From Rhabdothermincola salaria (GTDB taxonomy: Bacteria; Actinomycetota; Acidimicrobiia; Acidimicrobiales; Acidimicrobilacustridaceae), in assembly GCF_021246445.1 (NCBI RefSeq), contig NZ_JAJQXW010000001.1, forward strand, positions 682,001 to 746,000: a stretch of 64,000 nucleotides of DNA, in the 5' to 3' direction. The notes under the pieces were generated by a model. The model saw only the letters and a program-made list of their open reading frames with translations, did no database searches and was not told the DNA's origin. This document shows, in pieces, positions 18,476 through 28,206 of the stretch. A program made the position numbers and the translations under genes. Within the stretch, counting starts at the first letter, position 1. Each line of letters opens with the position of its first letter.

Positions 18476-18912
18476 GTGGCGGCCAGACGGAAGCGCGGGA
18501 AGGTGAACGTGGTGCCGTCGGCGAGCTCGTGGTCCTCGAACCAGCACTCGACCGGCGCGCCGATGGCCACGTGGTCGACGTCGTCGGGTGGGAGGTCGGT
18601 GACCATCCGCACGCCTTCCTCGAGCTCGATCGTGACGACGGCGAAGGGCACCCGGTCGGCCCACGCCGGATGGAACGCCTGGTGGGTCACCGTGAACGTG
18701 TAGATCGTCCCGCGGCCCGACAGCGGCGTCCACGTCCACGAGTCGTCATGACACTCGGGGCACATCGGCTGGGGATAGTGCCGCAGCAGGCCGCAACCGT
18801 CGCAACGCTGCACGACGAGGCGATGCTGGCGGGCGGCCGCCCAGAAGCCCTCGGAGAAGACGCTGGGCGTCGGTCGGGGCCTGGCCGTCAGCTGGTCCAT
18901 GGGTTCGCTCAC
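18469..18912 (-). CDS. Zn-ribbon/OB-fold DUF35 (ChsH2 C-terminal-like) protein
   Basis: FWAAA..LVVQRCDGCG..YPQPMCPEC, SGRGTIYTFTV and IELEEGVRMVT; GTGA overlap with the thiolase stop. Confidence 0.92.
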   Translation of the reverse strand: MSEPMDQLTARPRPTPSVFSEGFWAAARQHRLVVQRCDGCGLLRHYPQPMCPECHDDSWTWTPLSGRGTIYTFTVTHQAFHPAWADRVPFAVVTIELEEGVRMVTDLPPDDVDHVAIGAPVECWFEDHELADGTTFTFPRFRLAATA

Positions 18913-20069
18913 CTCCGCAGCACCAGGGTCGAGCCCTCGAAGAAGTTGCCCTCCACCACCACACCGACGTGGCGGCACTCGGCCACCTGGCGAGCCGGCT
19001 CCACCGTGCCCCGCAGCTGGCGCACGGCCTCGATCACGTGGTTGATGCCTGATGCGTGGGCCTCCGACAGCGACCCGCCGTGGGTGTTCACCGGCAGCCG
19101 CCCCCCGAGGGCGATGTGGCCCTCTTCGACGAACGGACCGGCCTCGCCGGGCCCGACCGCGCCAATGGCCTCGAGCGCGGCGAGCACGTACCAGGTGAAC
19201 CCCTCGTGGATCTGCAGGCAGTCGAGCTCGTCGACGGTGATCCCCGCCATGGTGAAGGCCCGGGCCGACGCCTCGGTGAGGCTGCCCACCCGGGCCAGGT
19301 CCGGCTTCTGGGTCAACGACGTCGACGGGTACGAGTGCGCCTCGCCCACCCCGCCGATGAGCACCGCCACGGCATCGAGATCCCGGGCCCGTTCGACGCT
19401 GGTGACGACCACGGCGCCGGCGCCGTCGGACTCGAGCGAGCAGTCGAAGAGACGGAACGGCGTCGAGATCATCCGCGACGACTGGTGGTCGGCCATCGTC
19501 ATGGGCCGACCGTGCATGAGCGCCTGCGGGTTCAGGTTGGCGTTGGCCCGGCTGTTCACCGCCACATGTCCCAGCTGCTCGCTGGTCGAGCCGAACTCGT
19601 GCATGTGGCGCATGGCCGCCTGGGCGAACCACTGCACGGCGGCCACGTTTCCGTAGGGGCGTTCGAACTCGGTGGTGGAGTCCATCACGCCTTCGGGGAC
19701 CGACCGGCCCGTCGAGACGCGCTCACCCGAGTAGCCGCGCCGCCCGGCCGGGATGAGCACGCACGAGGCGACGCCGGAGGTGATGGCCATGCAGGCGTTC
19801 TGGACCGACGCGATCAGGCTGGCTCCGCCCATGTGCACCGTCGTGGAGAAGCGCAGGTTCCGCAGGCCGAGGTTCATGGCGAACTCCTCGGCGTGGCGCC
19901 CGGCCGTGGCGCTGGGCAGGACGGCGTCGACGTCGTCGGTCGACAGCCCGGCGTCGGCGAGGGCCCGCAGCGAGGCCTCGAGGTGCAGCTCGAGCGTCGA
20001 CCGGTCGGTGCCCCGGGTGTAGGCGGTGTTGCCCACGCCGACGATCGCGCACCGATCAGCCAGGCTCAC
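18909..20069 (-). CDS. Thiolase-superfamily (SCP2/Ltp-like) protein lacking the catalytic Cys
   Basis: AIVGVG, ANANLNPQA, DCSLESDGAGAVVV, LPVNTHGG and EAVRQLRG; RBS GGAGGA. Confidence 0.9.
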   Translation of the reverse strand: MSLADRCAIVGVGNTAYTRGTDRSTLELHLEASLRALADAGLSTDDVDAVLPSATAGRHAEEFAMNLGLRNLRFSTTVHMGGASLIASVQNACMAITSGVASCVLIPAGRRGYSGERVSTGRSVPEGVMDSTTEFERPYGNVAAVQWFAQAAMRHMHEFGSTSEQLGHVAVNSRANANLNPQALMHGRPMTMADHQSSRMISTPFRLFDCSLESDGAGAVVVTSVERARDLDAVAVLIGGVGEAHSYPSTSLTQKPDLARVGSLTEASARAFTMAGITVDELDCLQIHEGFTWYVLAALEAIGAVGPGEAGPFVEEGHIALGGRLPVNTHGGSLSEAHASGINHVIEAVRQLRGTVEPARQVAECRHVGVVVEGNFFEGSTLVLRR

Positions 20070-20160
20070 GGTCGTCCTCCCCACACGACGGCGGTGGGTC
20101 CCACCGTCTCGATCCCCGGTCATCTGAACCCAACGAGGCTGCAGTCGACAACTCGCGAGG

Positions 20161-21648
20161 TCAACCGGGTCGCGACAGGTCGGCGACGTCGGTGACGGTC
20201 CTGGTCGAGCCGGCCTCGGTCAGCTCCAGCGCCACCGTGCCGGTGCGCAGGTCGATCGTGGCCACGACCGAGTCGTCACCTCGCCACGCCAGGATCAGCT
20301 CGTGGTCGGCGCCCGGCTCCACCGAGAAGGCGCCCTGTTCGAACAGGGCGGCGGCCCCGCGCCGCCAGCGCAGCAGGGCGAGGAGGCGCTGCACCACCGG
20401 GCGCTCGACCGCGGCGGTGATCTCGGCGTCGGTGTAGTGGTGGCGGTTGATGTCGCGTCCCACGCCGGTGTGGGCCAGCAGCTCCATGTCGTTGGTCCCG
20501 GCCAGGGCGCCGACGTAGTAGATCTGCGGCACCCCGGGCACGAGCACCTGGATCAGCCGGGCGGCCAGGTAGCGGGCGTCGTCGCGACCCAAGGCGTCGT
20601 AGAAGCTGCAGTTGACCTGGTACACGTCGAGGTTGTCGGCTGCCTCGCCGGTGGCCAGCCGGCTGGCTCCACCGCTGCGCCGGTGGATCTCCTCCACGAG
20701 CCCGTCGATCTGCTCCTGGGTCAACAGGCCGGGGCGGGAGTGGTCGGACTGGTCACGACCGACGTCGATGACCCCGATCCCGTCGTGGGTGTCAAGCACC
20801 GTCACGGCGTTGGTGGGACGAACGGAGAGCCATCGCACGAGCCCTTCGTTGCTGCCACGGAACAGCGCGTCGAGCACCAGCGGGGGGAGGGCGAAGTCGT
20901 AGACCCAGTCGACGTGGCCGGCGATGTCGATCTGGGTCCGGTGGTGGCCGTGGACCTCGACGAGCATCTCGAGGCCACGAGCGCGGCACGCGTCGGCCAG
21001 CTGGTCGATGAAGACGAACGTCTCGGGGATCATGAACGACGAGGTTCCGGGGCCCTTGACGGCATAGCCCACGGCGTCGAGGCGGACCAGGCCCACCCCG
21101 CAGGCCGCGAAGCGGTCGAGGATGGCGTGGAGGTACTCACGGGTGGCCGGGTGCCCGACGTCGACGTCGACCTGCTCGGACGTGAAGGTCGTCCAGACCA
21201 GGCGACGCTCGCCGGCGACCCCCTTGACCGAGAAGCTCATGCCCGGGCGGGGCCGGTAGGTGGCCAGCAGGTCGGCCTCGGTGGCCCCCTCGGGGTACAC
21301 CGACTCGTACGTCAGGAACATGCCGTCGTAGGGCGACGACTCCCCCCGGGCGGCCCAGTCGAGGAACTGGGGGGAGCGGGCCGACACGTGGTTGACGATC
21401 AGGTCGGCCACCAGCTCACGGTCGGCACCGAGGGCGGCCACGTCGTCCCAGGTGCCCAGACGGGCATCGACCGTGGTGTGGTCGATCGGGTCGAACCCGG
21501 CGTCGGCCCCGTCGATCGGGTGGAAGAAGGGCAGGACGTGCACACCCCCGAACGCGCCCGCCAGCGGCCCGTCGAGCAACGACCCCAGCCCGGCGAGGTC
21601 CCCACCGAAGCGGTCCGCATAGGCGATCAGCTGTGGTTCGTTCCGCAT
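20161..21648 (-). CDS. gtfA: Sucrose phosphorylase (GH13_18)
   Basis: QLIAYADRFG, DAGFDP, YRPRP, RLDAVGY, LVEVH, LDTHDGIG and NLDVYQVN. Confidence 0.9.
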   Translation of the reverse strand: MRNEPQLIAYADRFGGDLAGLGSLLDGPLAGAFGGVHVLPFFHPIDGADAGFDPIDHTTVDARLGTWDDVAALGADRELVADLIVNHVSARSPQFLDWAARGESSPYDGMFLTYESVYPEGATEADLLATYRPRPGMSFSVKGVAGERRLVWTTFTSEQVDVDVGHPATREYLHAILDRFAACGVGLVRLDAVGYAVKGPGTSSFMIPETFVFIDQLADACRARGLEMLVEVHGHHRTQIDIAGHVDWVYDFALPPLVLDALFRGSNEGLVRWLSVRPTNAVTVLDTHDGIGVIDVGRDQSDHSRPGLLTQEQIDGLVEEIHRRSGGASRLATGEAADNLDVYQVNCSFYDALGRDDARYLAARLIQVLVPGVPQIYYVGALAGTNDMELLAHTGVGRDINRHHYTDAEITAAVERPVVQRLLALLRWRRGAAALFEQGAFSVEPGADHELILAWRGDDSVVATIDLRTGTVALELTEAGSTRTVTDVADLSRPG

Positions 21649-21801
21649 CTCGTCGGCGACGCTACCGCCGGGCGCGCCGCCTCGGAGGGCTCGACCGGGT
21701 GCGGGGGGGAGGGGAACATGATGCACGGCCCGCTGGGTAGCAGCCGTTCGTAGCGGACCACCAGGAGGACCCGGCATGCGGGAACCGACGTCCCGGCGCG
21801 A

Positions 21802-22062
21802 GCGCTCCTCGCCGTCGGCGACATCGTGGGTGGCAACACCTTCGACATCTTGTTCGTCGCCGTCGCCGACGTCCTCTACCGCGGCGGCAGCGTGTACCAC
21901 GCCATCGACGCCCAGACCGCCTTCCTGCTGGCGCTGACCGTGCTGCTCACCGCCGTCCTCGGGGCCGGCCTGGTCCATCGGGGCAAGCGCGGCATCGGCT
22001 TCGAAGGCATCGGCATCCTCGTGCTGTACGCCCTCGGCGTGGTGAGCCTGCTGCTGCGGTGA
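21802..22062 (+). pseudogene. 3' remnant of a CaCA (Na+/Ca2+ antiporter) family gene
   Basis: LAVGDIVGGNTFDIL (alpha-2 repeat-like) plus terminal TM helices; in-frame TAG upstream at 21751; no N-terminal half. Confidence 0.7.
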
Positions 22063-22111
22063 CGCCACGCCTACCCTGACCCCCAGCGGACAGCGGATCT
22101 CGGGGGCAGCC

Positions 22112-23359
22112 ATGGACGACAGCAGGGGTGGGGGACCGGCGACGCAGCGTCTGGACCTGATCGATCCGGGTCTCTACCTCGACGGTGTGCCCCGGGACTA
22201 CCTCCGATGGTTGCGCGACCACGAACCGGTCGCCTGGCACGACGAGGTCGACGGGCCCGGGTACTGGGTGCTCAGCCGGTACGACGATGTGGTGGACGCC
22301 AACCGGGACTGGCGTCGCTATTCCAACGCGGCCAAGGGCTCGTCCATCGAGGAGGCCCGCAGCGACGACGAGTTGGCGCTGCGCCGACTCATCTTCGTGA
22401 ACCAGGACCCACCCGAGCACACGCGGTACCGCAAGCTGGTGAGTTCGGCGTTCACGCCCGGGCACGTCCGGCGGCTCACCCCGCTCATCGAGGCGACGTG
22501 TGCCCGGCTCGTCGACGAGCTGTGCGACGGTCGACCCCACGACTTCGTCGCGACTGCCGAGGCGCTCTCGTTCCAGATGGTCGCCACCCTCTTCGGGGTG
22601 CCCGAGGCCGACTGGCCCTCGTTGCTGGAGATCACCCGGGCACTCGCCGACTTCCAGGACCCGGAGGTGAACCCGGACCTGGCCCCCCGTCCCGAGGTCC
22701 AGCAGGCCATGTTCGCCTACGCGGCCGACCTGATCGCCAGGGTCCGGTCCGACCCGGAGGCGCACACGGGGGTCGTCGTCGATCTGGTGAACGCCGAGAT
22801 CGAGGAGGACGGCGAGCGCCACCGCCTCGACGACCTGGGCCTGGCGGCGTTCTTCCCGGCGGTGCTGGTCGGGGGTCTCAGCACCACAGCTCATGTCATG
22901 ACCGAGGCGGTCAACAGCTGGATCGAGGACCCGTCCCTCTTCGACGAGTGGGCCGGCGCCGACTGTCCCGCCTCCGTCGTGGAGGAGCTCCTGCGATGGC
23001 GGGGGCCGGTGATGTCGTTCCGCCGGACCGCCACCGAGGACCACGAGCGCCACGGACGCACGATCCGCGCCGGTGACAAGGTGCTGTTGTCATACGCGTC
23101 GGCCAACCGCGACGAACGCCGCTTCGATGACCCGGACCGCTTCGACGGCCACCGGAACCCCAACGACCACGTGGCCTTCGGAGGCGGTGGCCCTCACTTC
23201 TGCATCGGCGCCCAGCTGGCCCGCCTCGACCTGCGCCTGGTCCTCGGAGAGCTGTTTCGCACCGTGGACCACTTCGAAGCGGCAGGCGAGCCGGTCCGTC
23301 TCCGTTCGAACCAGTTCGCCGGGTGGCTGCACTACCCGGTGGTGGCGGTCGCCCGCTGA
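22112..23359 (+). CDS. Cytochrome P450 (CYP124/125/142-like)
   Basis: DPPEHTRYRKLV, EELLR (ExxR), SANRDE and FGGGGPHFCIG heme motif. Confidence 0.95.
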   Translation: MDDSRGGGPATQRLDLIDPGLYLDGVPRDYLRWLRDHEPVAWHDEVDGPGYWVLSRYDDVVDANRDWRRYSNAAKGSSIEEARSDDELALRRLIFVNQDPPEHTRYRKLVSSAFTPGHVRRLTPLIEATCARLVDELCDGRPHDFVATAEALSFQMVATLFGVPEADWPSLLEITRALADFQDPEVNPDLAPRPEVQQAMFAYAADLIARVRSDPEAHTGVVVDLVNAEIEEDGERHRLDDLGLAAFFPAVLVGGLSTTAHVMTEAVNSWIEDPSLFDEWAGADCPASVVEELLRWRGPVMSFRRTATEDHERHGRTIRAGDKVLLSYASANRDERRFDDPDRFDGHRNPNDHVAFGGGGPHFCIGAQLARLDLRLVLGELFRTVDHFEAAGEPVRLRSNQFAGWLHYPVVAVAR

Positions 23360-23447
23360 GCGTGGGCCCCCGAGCGTGTGCTCGCCCAACGGTTCGCGCC
23401 CAGGCTGGCCAGGGCGGAACCGCCCGCCCCACCATGCGGGGAAACTA

Positions 23448-23477
23448 TTGACATCGAGCGTGCCAACTGTTTAGCGT
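23448..23477 (+). promoter_or_regulatory. Sigma70-type promoter
   Basis: TTGACA (23448-23453), 18-nt spacer, TAGCGT (23472-23477), upstream of RBS GAGGAG and GTG 23528. Confidence 0.55.
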
Positions 23478-23527
23478 CCGCCCTGCTGTTCGGCAGGACA
23501 GGCGTGGGCGACAGGTGAGGAGAGGTT

Positions 23528-25651
23528 GTGCGATCAAGAGCGCTGGCTGCGGTGTTCGGAGTGGTCCTGCTCGTGGTGCCGGTGGCCTCCGTCCCCATCC
23601 GCTCCGCTGATGCGTCGGCGGACACGGTCAGTGCGGACCCCACCGAAGAGCCTGCGACGAAGACGGTCCGTCGCTCATCGACACTGGCCACCACCGATCA
23701 ACCGATGTGGGGCGGTGCCTCCGTGCCGACGCGGACGATCGAGTGGTTCGACCTGGAATGGGACGAGAGCGAGGGGTTCGGCGGCACCACGCGGGAATGC
23801 GTGGGAGTCGACGGCATCGGGCGGGAGTGCGGCCGCTTCGGGCTGGAGGTCGACGCGTCGGTGCAGGGCGAGATGGGCATGGGCCTCGAGCTCGGGAGCT
23901 TCGGCGCGGAGGGCACCATCGACGTCACGTACCCGGTGACCGTCGAGTTCACGGCTCCCGCCGACAACTCCTTCGACCCGGGCGACACCGTGGAGATCGC
24001 GACGGCGATGACCGTCGACGAGGACGACGCGCGCATCAGCGGCCAGTTCCCGGACCTCGGCAGCATCGCCTGGACCGGGGACTTCCAGGCGAGCGCCGCG
24101 GCCGATGCCCGTCTGTGCTTCATCGATTGCGACAACCGCGAGCTGTTCGAGCTCCAAGGCGGTGACGGCGGCCACATCGTGCGACTGGAGGGCGACCAGC
24201 TGCGGGTCGGATGTTTCGACACCCTCCTCGGCGTCGCCACCATGATCACGCTGGGCATGGACCAGTACGACAGCGGTCGCTGCGACGGCGCGCCGTACCT
24301 GATGAACCCGACCGTCGACCTGACCACCCAGCTCGGCGCCGACGGGACGCTGTCCGCCAGCGGCACCGATCTGTACGCAGTGATCCCGGTGAGCGGGGTC
24401 ACCTGGGCCTTCCGCGGGGTGGGCGCCCCGCTCTGGGCGGTACCCAACCTGAACACCGTCAGCTATCGCGGCGCGAGCATCGGCTGGACCACCTTCAACG
24501 CCATCGTCACGGCGTTGGAGACCATGCGCCAGGACCTCGTCCTCGACCCCGACGTCGAGGTCACCCTGACCTGGGGGGACCAGCTCGACTACGAGGTCGT
24601 CGCGCCCGAGACCGGCGACGTCCTCGAGCAGGGCACGGGCACGTCGGCCACGCTCGCCGTCGGCGACACGCTGAGGTTGGTCACCCCTCAGGTCGGCAGC
24701 AAGGTGCTCTCGCTCCATCCGACGGTGGCGATGGCGTCGGCGAGCATGTCGAACCACACGCACAGCGTCACCTCCGGCAACATGGAGCTCAAGGCGCTGT
24801 CGTTCACGCTCGGGACCGATCGGCGGCGGGTGTGCTTCGCCGGCGAGTGCTTGACGCTGTGGCCGGGCACCAGCACCAATGTGGGTCCCGTCTACCAGCA
24901 GGGCTTCCCGTTGGGCTCGGGCGGCCCCACCACGCTGTTCGACGGATCGTTCCAGCTCGATGGCTTCGCCTCCATCGAGGTCGAACCGTTCGACCTGGTA
25001 CCCCGGCCGGTCATCGAGATCCGCAAGGCCGTGGTGCCGAGCATCGCCCCCGGCGTCTTCGATCTCCAGATCGACGGTGAGACGCTGGCCGCCGACGTCG
25101 GCGACGGCGGCACCACGGGTCGTCACGTGGTCGACCCCGGCACACGCCTGATCGGCGAGGTCGAGGGCAGCGACGCCGACCTGCGCTACTACGAGATCTC
25201 GATCACCTGCCGTGACCACGACACCGGTGCCATCCACACGGCGAGCGCCGGCCACGCCCTCGGTGCCGGTTCCAGCACGAGCCTGGACCTCAGCGGTGGT
25301 GAGGACCTGATCTGCACGGTCCAGAACCGGTTGCCGGTGCCGGCCGAATGCGACTCGATGACGTTCGACAACGTCATCCTCGGCACACCTGGCGCAGCCA
25401 CCGCTGATCGCCTCATCGGCACAAGAGACCGCGACCTCATCGTCGGCTACGACGGCGATGACCTCCTCATCGGGGGCGCGGGCGACGATTGCCTCGCCGG
25501 CGTCAGCGGCAACAACATCATCAACGGTGGGGGAGGGAACGACGTCATCGACGGCGGCACCGGTTCGAGCATCTGCACCGCAGGCGTCGTCATGCGCAAC
25601 TGCGTGGTCACCGGAGGACCCCAGCAGGACCGGAGCGGGCCGCAAGAGTAG
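23528..25651 (+). CDS. Secreted beta-rich protein with C-terminal RTX-like Ca-binding repeats
   Basis: Signal peptide; Cys pairs; GYDGDDLLIGGAGDDCLAG and INGGGGNDVIDGGTG nonapeptide repeats. Confidence 0.8.
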   Translation: MRSRALAAVFGVVLLVVPVASVPIRSADASADTVSADPTEEPATKTVRRSSTLATTDQPMWGGASVPTRTIEWFDLEWDESEGFGGTTRECVGVDGIGRECGRFGLEVDASVQGEMGMGLELGSFGAEGTIDVTYPVTVEFTAPADNSFDPGDTVEIATAMTVDEDDARISGQFPDLGSIAWTGDFQASAAADARLCFIDCDNRELFELQGGDGGHIVRLEGDQLRVGCFDTLLGVATMITLGMDQYDSGRCDGAPYLMNPTVDLTTQLGADGTLSASGTDLYAVIPVSGVTWAFRGVGAPLWAVPNLNTVSYRGASIGWTTFNAIVTALETMRQDLVLDPDVEVTLTWGDQLDYEVVAPETGDVLEQGTGTSATLAVGDTLRLVTPQVGSKVLSLHPTVAMASASMSNHTHSVTSGNMELKALSFTLGTDRRRVCFAGECLTLWPGTSTNVGPVYQQGFPLGSGGPTTLFDGSFQLDGFASIEVEPFDLVPRPVIEIRKAVVPSIAPGVFDLQIDGETLAADVGDGGTTGRHVVDPGTRLIGEVEGSDADLRYYEISITCRDHDTGAIHTASAGHALGAGSSTSLDLSGGEDLICTVQNRLPVPAECDSMTFDNVILGTPGAATADRLIGTRDRDLIVGYDGDDLLIGGAGDDCLAGVSGNNIINGGGGNDVIDGGTGSSICTAGVVMRNCVVTGGPQQDRSGPQE

Positions 25652-25705
25652 GCCTCCCTGTAGCGTCGGGTTCGTCCCGTCCGGCCACCGAGCGACCTGA
25701 CGCCG

Positions 25706-26344
25706 ATGTCGACCACTCCAACGGGCCCGATCCCGTCAGATGAGGAACCGGCATCCGTCGACGGTCGTCGGGCGCGTCGGGCGGCGAACCGCCGAGCCGT
25801 CGTGGACGCCATGATGTCGCTGTACTCCGACGGCCAGTACACCCCCACCGCAGCCGCGATCGCCGAGCGGGCCGGGGTCTCGGTGCGCTCGCTGTTTCGA
25901 TACTTCGACGACGTCGAGGACCTGGCCGCGGCCGTCATCGAACGGCAAGCGTCGCTCGTGTACCCCTTGCTCGCCGTCGACGTCGCGGCCGACGATCCCG
26001 TCGAGGTCCGGGTCGCCCAGCTCGTGGACGGCCGGGTACGCCAGTACGAGCTGCTGGCGCCGGCCGCCCGGGCTGCCCGTGCCGTGGCCCACCGCCGACC
26101 CCTGGTGGCGGCCAAGCTCGCCGAGATCAACGCCGCACGACGTGAGCAGATCCGCACACTGTTCTCCGAAGAGCTCGAGGCGATGGGCCCGCACGACGCC
26201 CGTCGGGTGCTCGGCGCAGCCGACGTTCTCTGCTCGTTCGAGACCTATCACCTCCTTCGCGAGGAGCATGGCCTCGAACCAGACGTGCTGGTGGCTGACC
26301 TCGCCCGCACGCTGCTCGTCCTGTTGCGCCGGGACCGCGACTGA
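25706..26344 (+). CDS. TetR/AcrR family regulator
   Basis: DGRRARR..IAERAGVSVRSLFRYFDD helix-turn-helix. Confidence 0.92.
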   Translation: MSTTPTGPIPSDEEPASVDGRRARRAANRRAVVDAMMSLYSDGQYTPTAAAIAERAGVSVRSLFRYFDDVEDLAAAVIERQASLVYPLLAVDVAADDPVEVRVAQLVDGRVRQYELLAPAARAARAVAHRRPLVAAKLAEINAARREQIRTLFSEELEAMGPHDARRVLGAADVLCSFETYHLLREEHGLEPDVLVADLARTLLVLLRRDRD

Positions 26345-26388
26345 TCCGACTTCACTCCCCGCCCGCCGGTGGTCGGCTGGGAGGTCGC

Positions 26389-27183
26389 TCAGCTCGGGTC
26401 GTTGTAGGGGGCGGCGACCTCGTCCACCAGCAGGGCGGCGGTGCACGTGCCCACGAACCCGTCGCGGTCGAACAGGTCGGCGCGGGAGAGACCGATGCCG
26501 TCGGTGCCGTACCAGGAGCGGGTGGCCACCCCGGTCCACTCGCCCCGCGGCGCGCGGGCCAGGCTGATGGTCAGATCGGCGTTGATGGCCGACCAACGGG
26601 CGAGATCGAGGTGGTTGGCGCTGTTGGCGGTGAAGTCCGATGCCCAGGCCAGGCGCACCGTCGGTGAGGCCTCCTCCCCGGCGATCACCGGTCGGGTGGC
26701 GCGGTACCAACTGGTGCCCGGGCTCCGGTCGCCGGCCTCTCTCACCTCGAGCGCACCGGTGAAGCCGTTGCGGCCCTCGAACTGCACCCGCTGGGGTCGC
26801 ACCGCCCCGAACGGCGGAGCGGTGATGGGGGCCTGGTCCGGGTCACTCCAGGTGTCGGGACCGGGGCCGGTGCGAAAGCGCAGCGCGGTGGCCCGGGCCA
26901 CCTCGGCTCCGTCGGCGGTGATGGTGGCCACCACGATCTGGAGGCGCTTGCCCTCGCGCACGATCTCGGTGCCGACGCCGAGGCGACCGAGGGGCACCGG
27001 ACGGTGCATGTCGACGGTGAGGCGGGCGATGCGCATAGGAACCAGCGTCGGGACCCGCTCGACCGCCCACGTGAGCAGGGCGGCGGGTGTGCCGCCGTAC
27101 TGGGCGTTGGGGTCCCACGGACCCTGGGTGAGCACGGTGGCGACGACTGCGTCGTCGCCGTCGGGGATGAACATGGCCTCCAC
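26389..27183 (-). CDS. Thioesterase family protein (double hotdog)
   Basis: GPWDPNAQYGG, ARLTVDMHRPVP, REGKRLQ, ASDF and INADLTI. Confidence 0.85.
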   Translation of the reverse strand: MEAMFIPDGDDAVVATVLTQGPWDPNAQYGGTPAALLTWAVERVPTLVPMRIARLTVDMHRPVPLGRLGVGTEIVREGKRLQIVVATITADGAEVARATALRFRTGPGPDTWSDPDQAPITAPPFGAVRPQRVQFEGRNGFTGALEVREAGDRSPGTSWYRATRPVIAGEEASPTVRLAWASDFTANSANHLDLARWSAINADLTISLARAPRGEWTGVATRSWYGTDGIGLSRADLFDRDGFVGTCTAALLVDEVAAPYNDPS

Positions 27184-27384
27184 CCCGCCTTCCTACTCGT
27201 CGGCCCGGGCACCCCGCCATGTGGCGTGGCGAGCGACGTCGACGACCCCGGACGACCACCCCGTGAGCGGCGCCCCGCCACTCCGTTGGGACACCTCAGC
27301 GGGGACGGCAGATGGCAGGGTCACGGTCGTCCGCAGCGCGCAGACCGTGCGAGGCCTGTCGCGCCCCGCTCGGCCTCGACCAGC

Positions 27385-28206
27385 TCAGATGGTGAAGGCC
27401 AGGTTGGTGGCCAGTCGCCGGGCCAGCTCGTCGTCACCCGACAGCACGATCTCTCGGCCCACGTGGGGACCGGCGTCACGGCGACCGGCGGTGAGCCGGA
27501 GGAAGAGCGGCGATGGCATCGTCAGCCCCACGGTCGCCTCGCCGTCGAAGCCGTCGACGAGGCGAGCCCGGTCGGTGACCTCCACCGAGTAGGTGCGAGC
27601 GGCGGGCCCGGTGAGCTCGATCCGCACCCGCTGGCCCTCGGGGATCCCCGCCCGGCGGCCGACCACGAAGCCGAGGGCGGTGGCCGTCTCGTCGAGGCAG
27701 GAGGCGACCGCAGCAGGGTCATCCCTGTCCGCTGCGCCCACCGCCTCGCGGGTGTCGTGCTCGTGGGTGAAGCTGTCGTAGTGGCGGATGCGCATGAACC
27801 GCCCGTAGGTCTCGTCGGGGCCGGCCGGCGTCCACGAGGGAGCGTCGAAGTCGGCCTGGGTCATTCCCTTCAGGGTCTCGAGCCGCTGGGCGGTCGCCCG
27901 CCGGAACACGTCGAGGACCTCACCGCCCGACAGGGCCCGCATCGACGCCACCCACCGCTCGTTCATCCCCCCGATCTCGTTGCGGACGTGCGCCACGCCG
28001 CCCACATCGACCTCGGGCACCGCTTCACCGGACAGGCTGAGCTCGGTGGCGGCGATGTGGGCCAACTGGTCGCGCACCGTCCACCCCGGGCAGCACGTGG
28101 GCCGGTCGTAGTCGACGTCGTCGAGGCCCGTGTAGAGCTCGTCGATGGCGGCCCAGGTGCTCTCGAGCAGGGCGACGATGGCGTCGTGGTCGACGATGGT
28201 GGGCAT
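27385..28206 (-). CDS. Mycothiol-dependent maleylpyruvate isomerase (MDMPI/DinB-like) family protein
   Basis: PTCCPGWTVRDQLAH and IRHYDSFTHEHD. Confidence 0.88.
   Translation of the reverse strand: MPTIVDHDAIVALLESTWAAIDELYTGLDDVDYDRPTCCPGWTVRDQLAHIAATELSLSGEAVPEVDVGGVAHVRNEIGGMNERWVASMRALSGGEVLDVFRRATAQRLETLKGMTQADFDAPSWTPAGPDETYGRFMRIRHYDSFTHEHDTREAVGAADRDDPAAVASCLDETATALGFVVGRRAGIPEGQRVRIELTGPAARTYSVEVTDRARLVDGFDGEATVGLTMPSPLFLRLTAGRRDAGPHVGREIVLSGDDELARRLATNLAFTI

Noticed and set aside
18469..28206. Secondary-metabolite or complete steroid-degradation cluster
   Set aside because: There is no PKS/NRPS/RiPP core, no acyl-CoA dehydrogenases and no ring-degradation genes; the genes are interspersed with unrelated functions.
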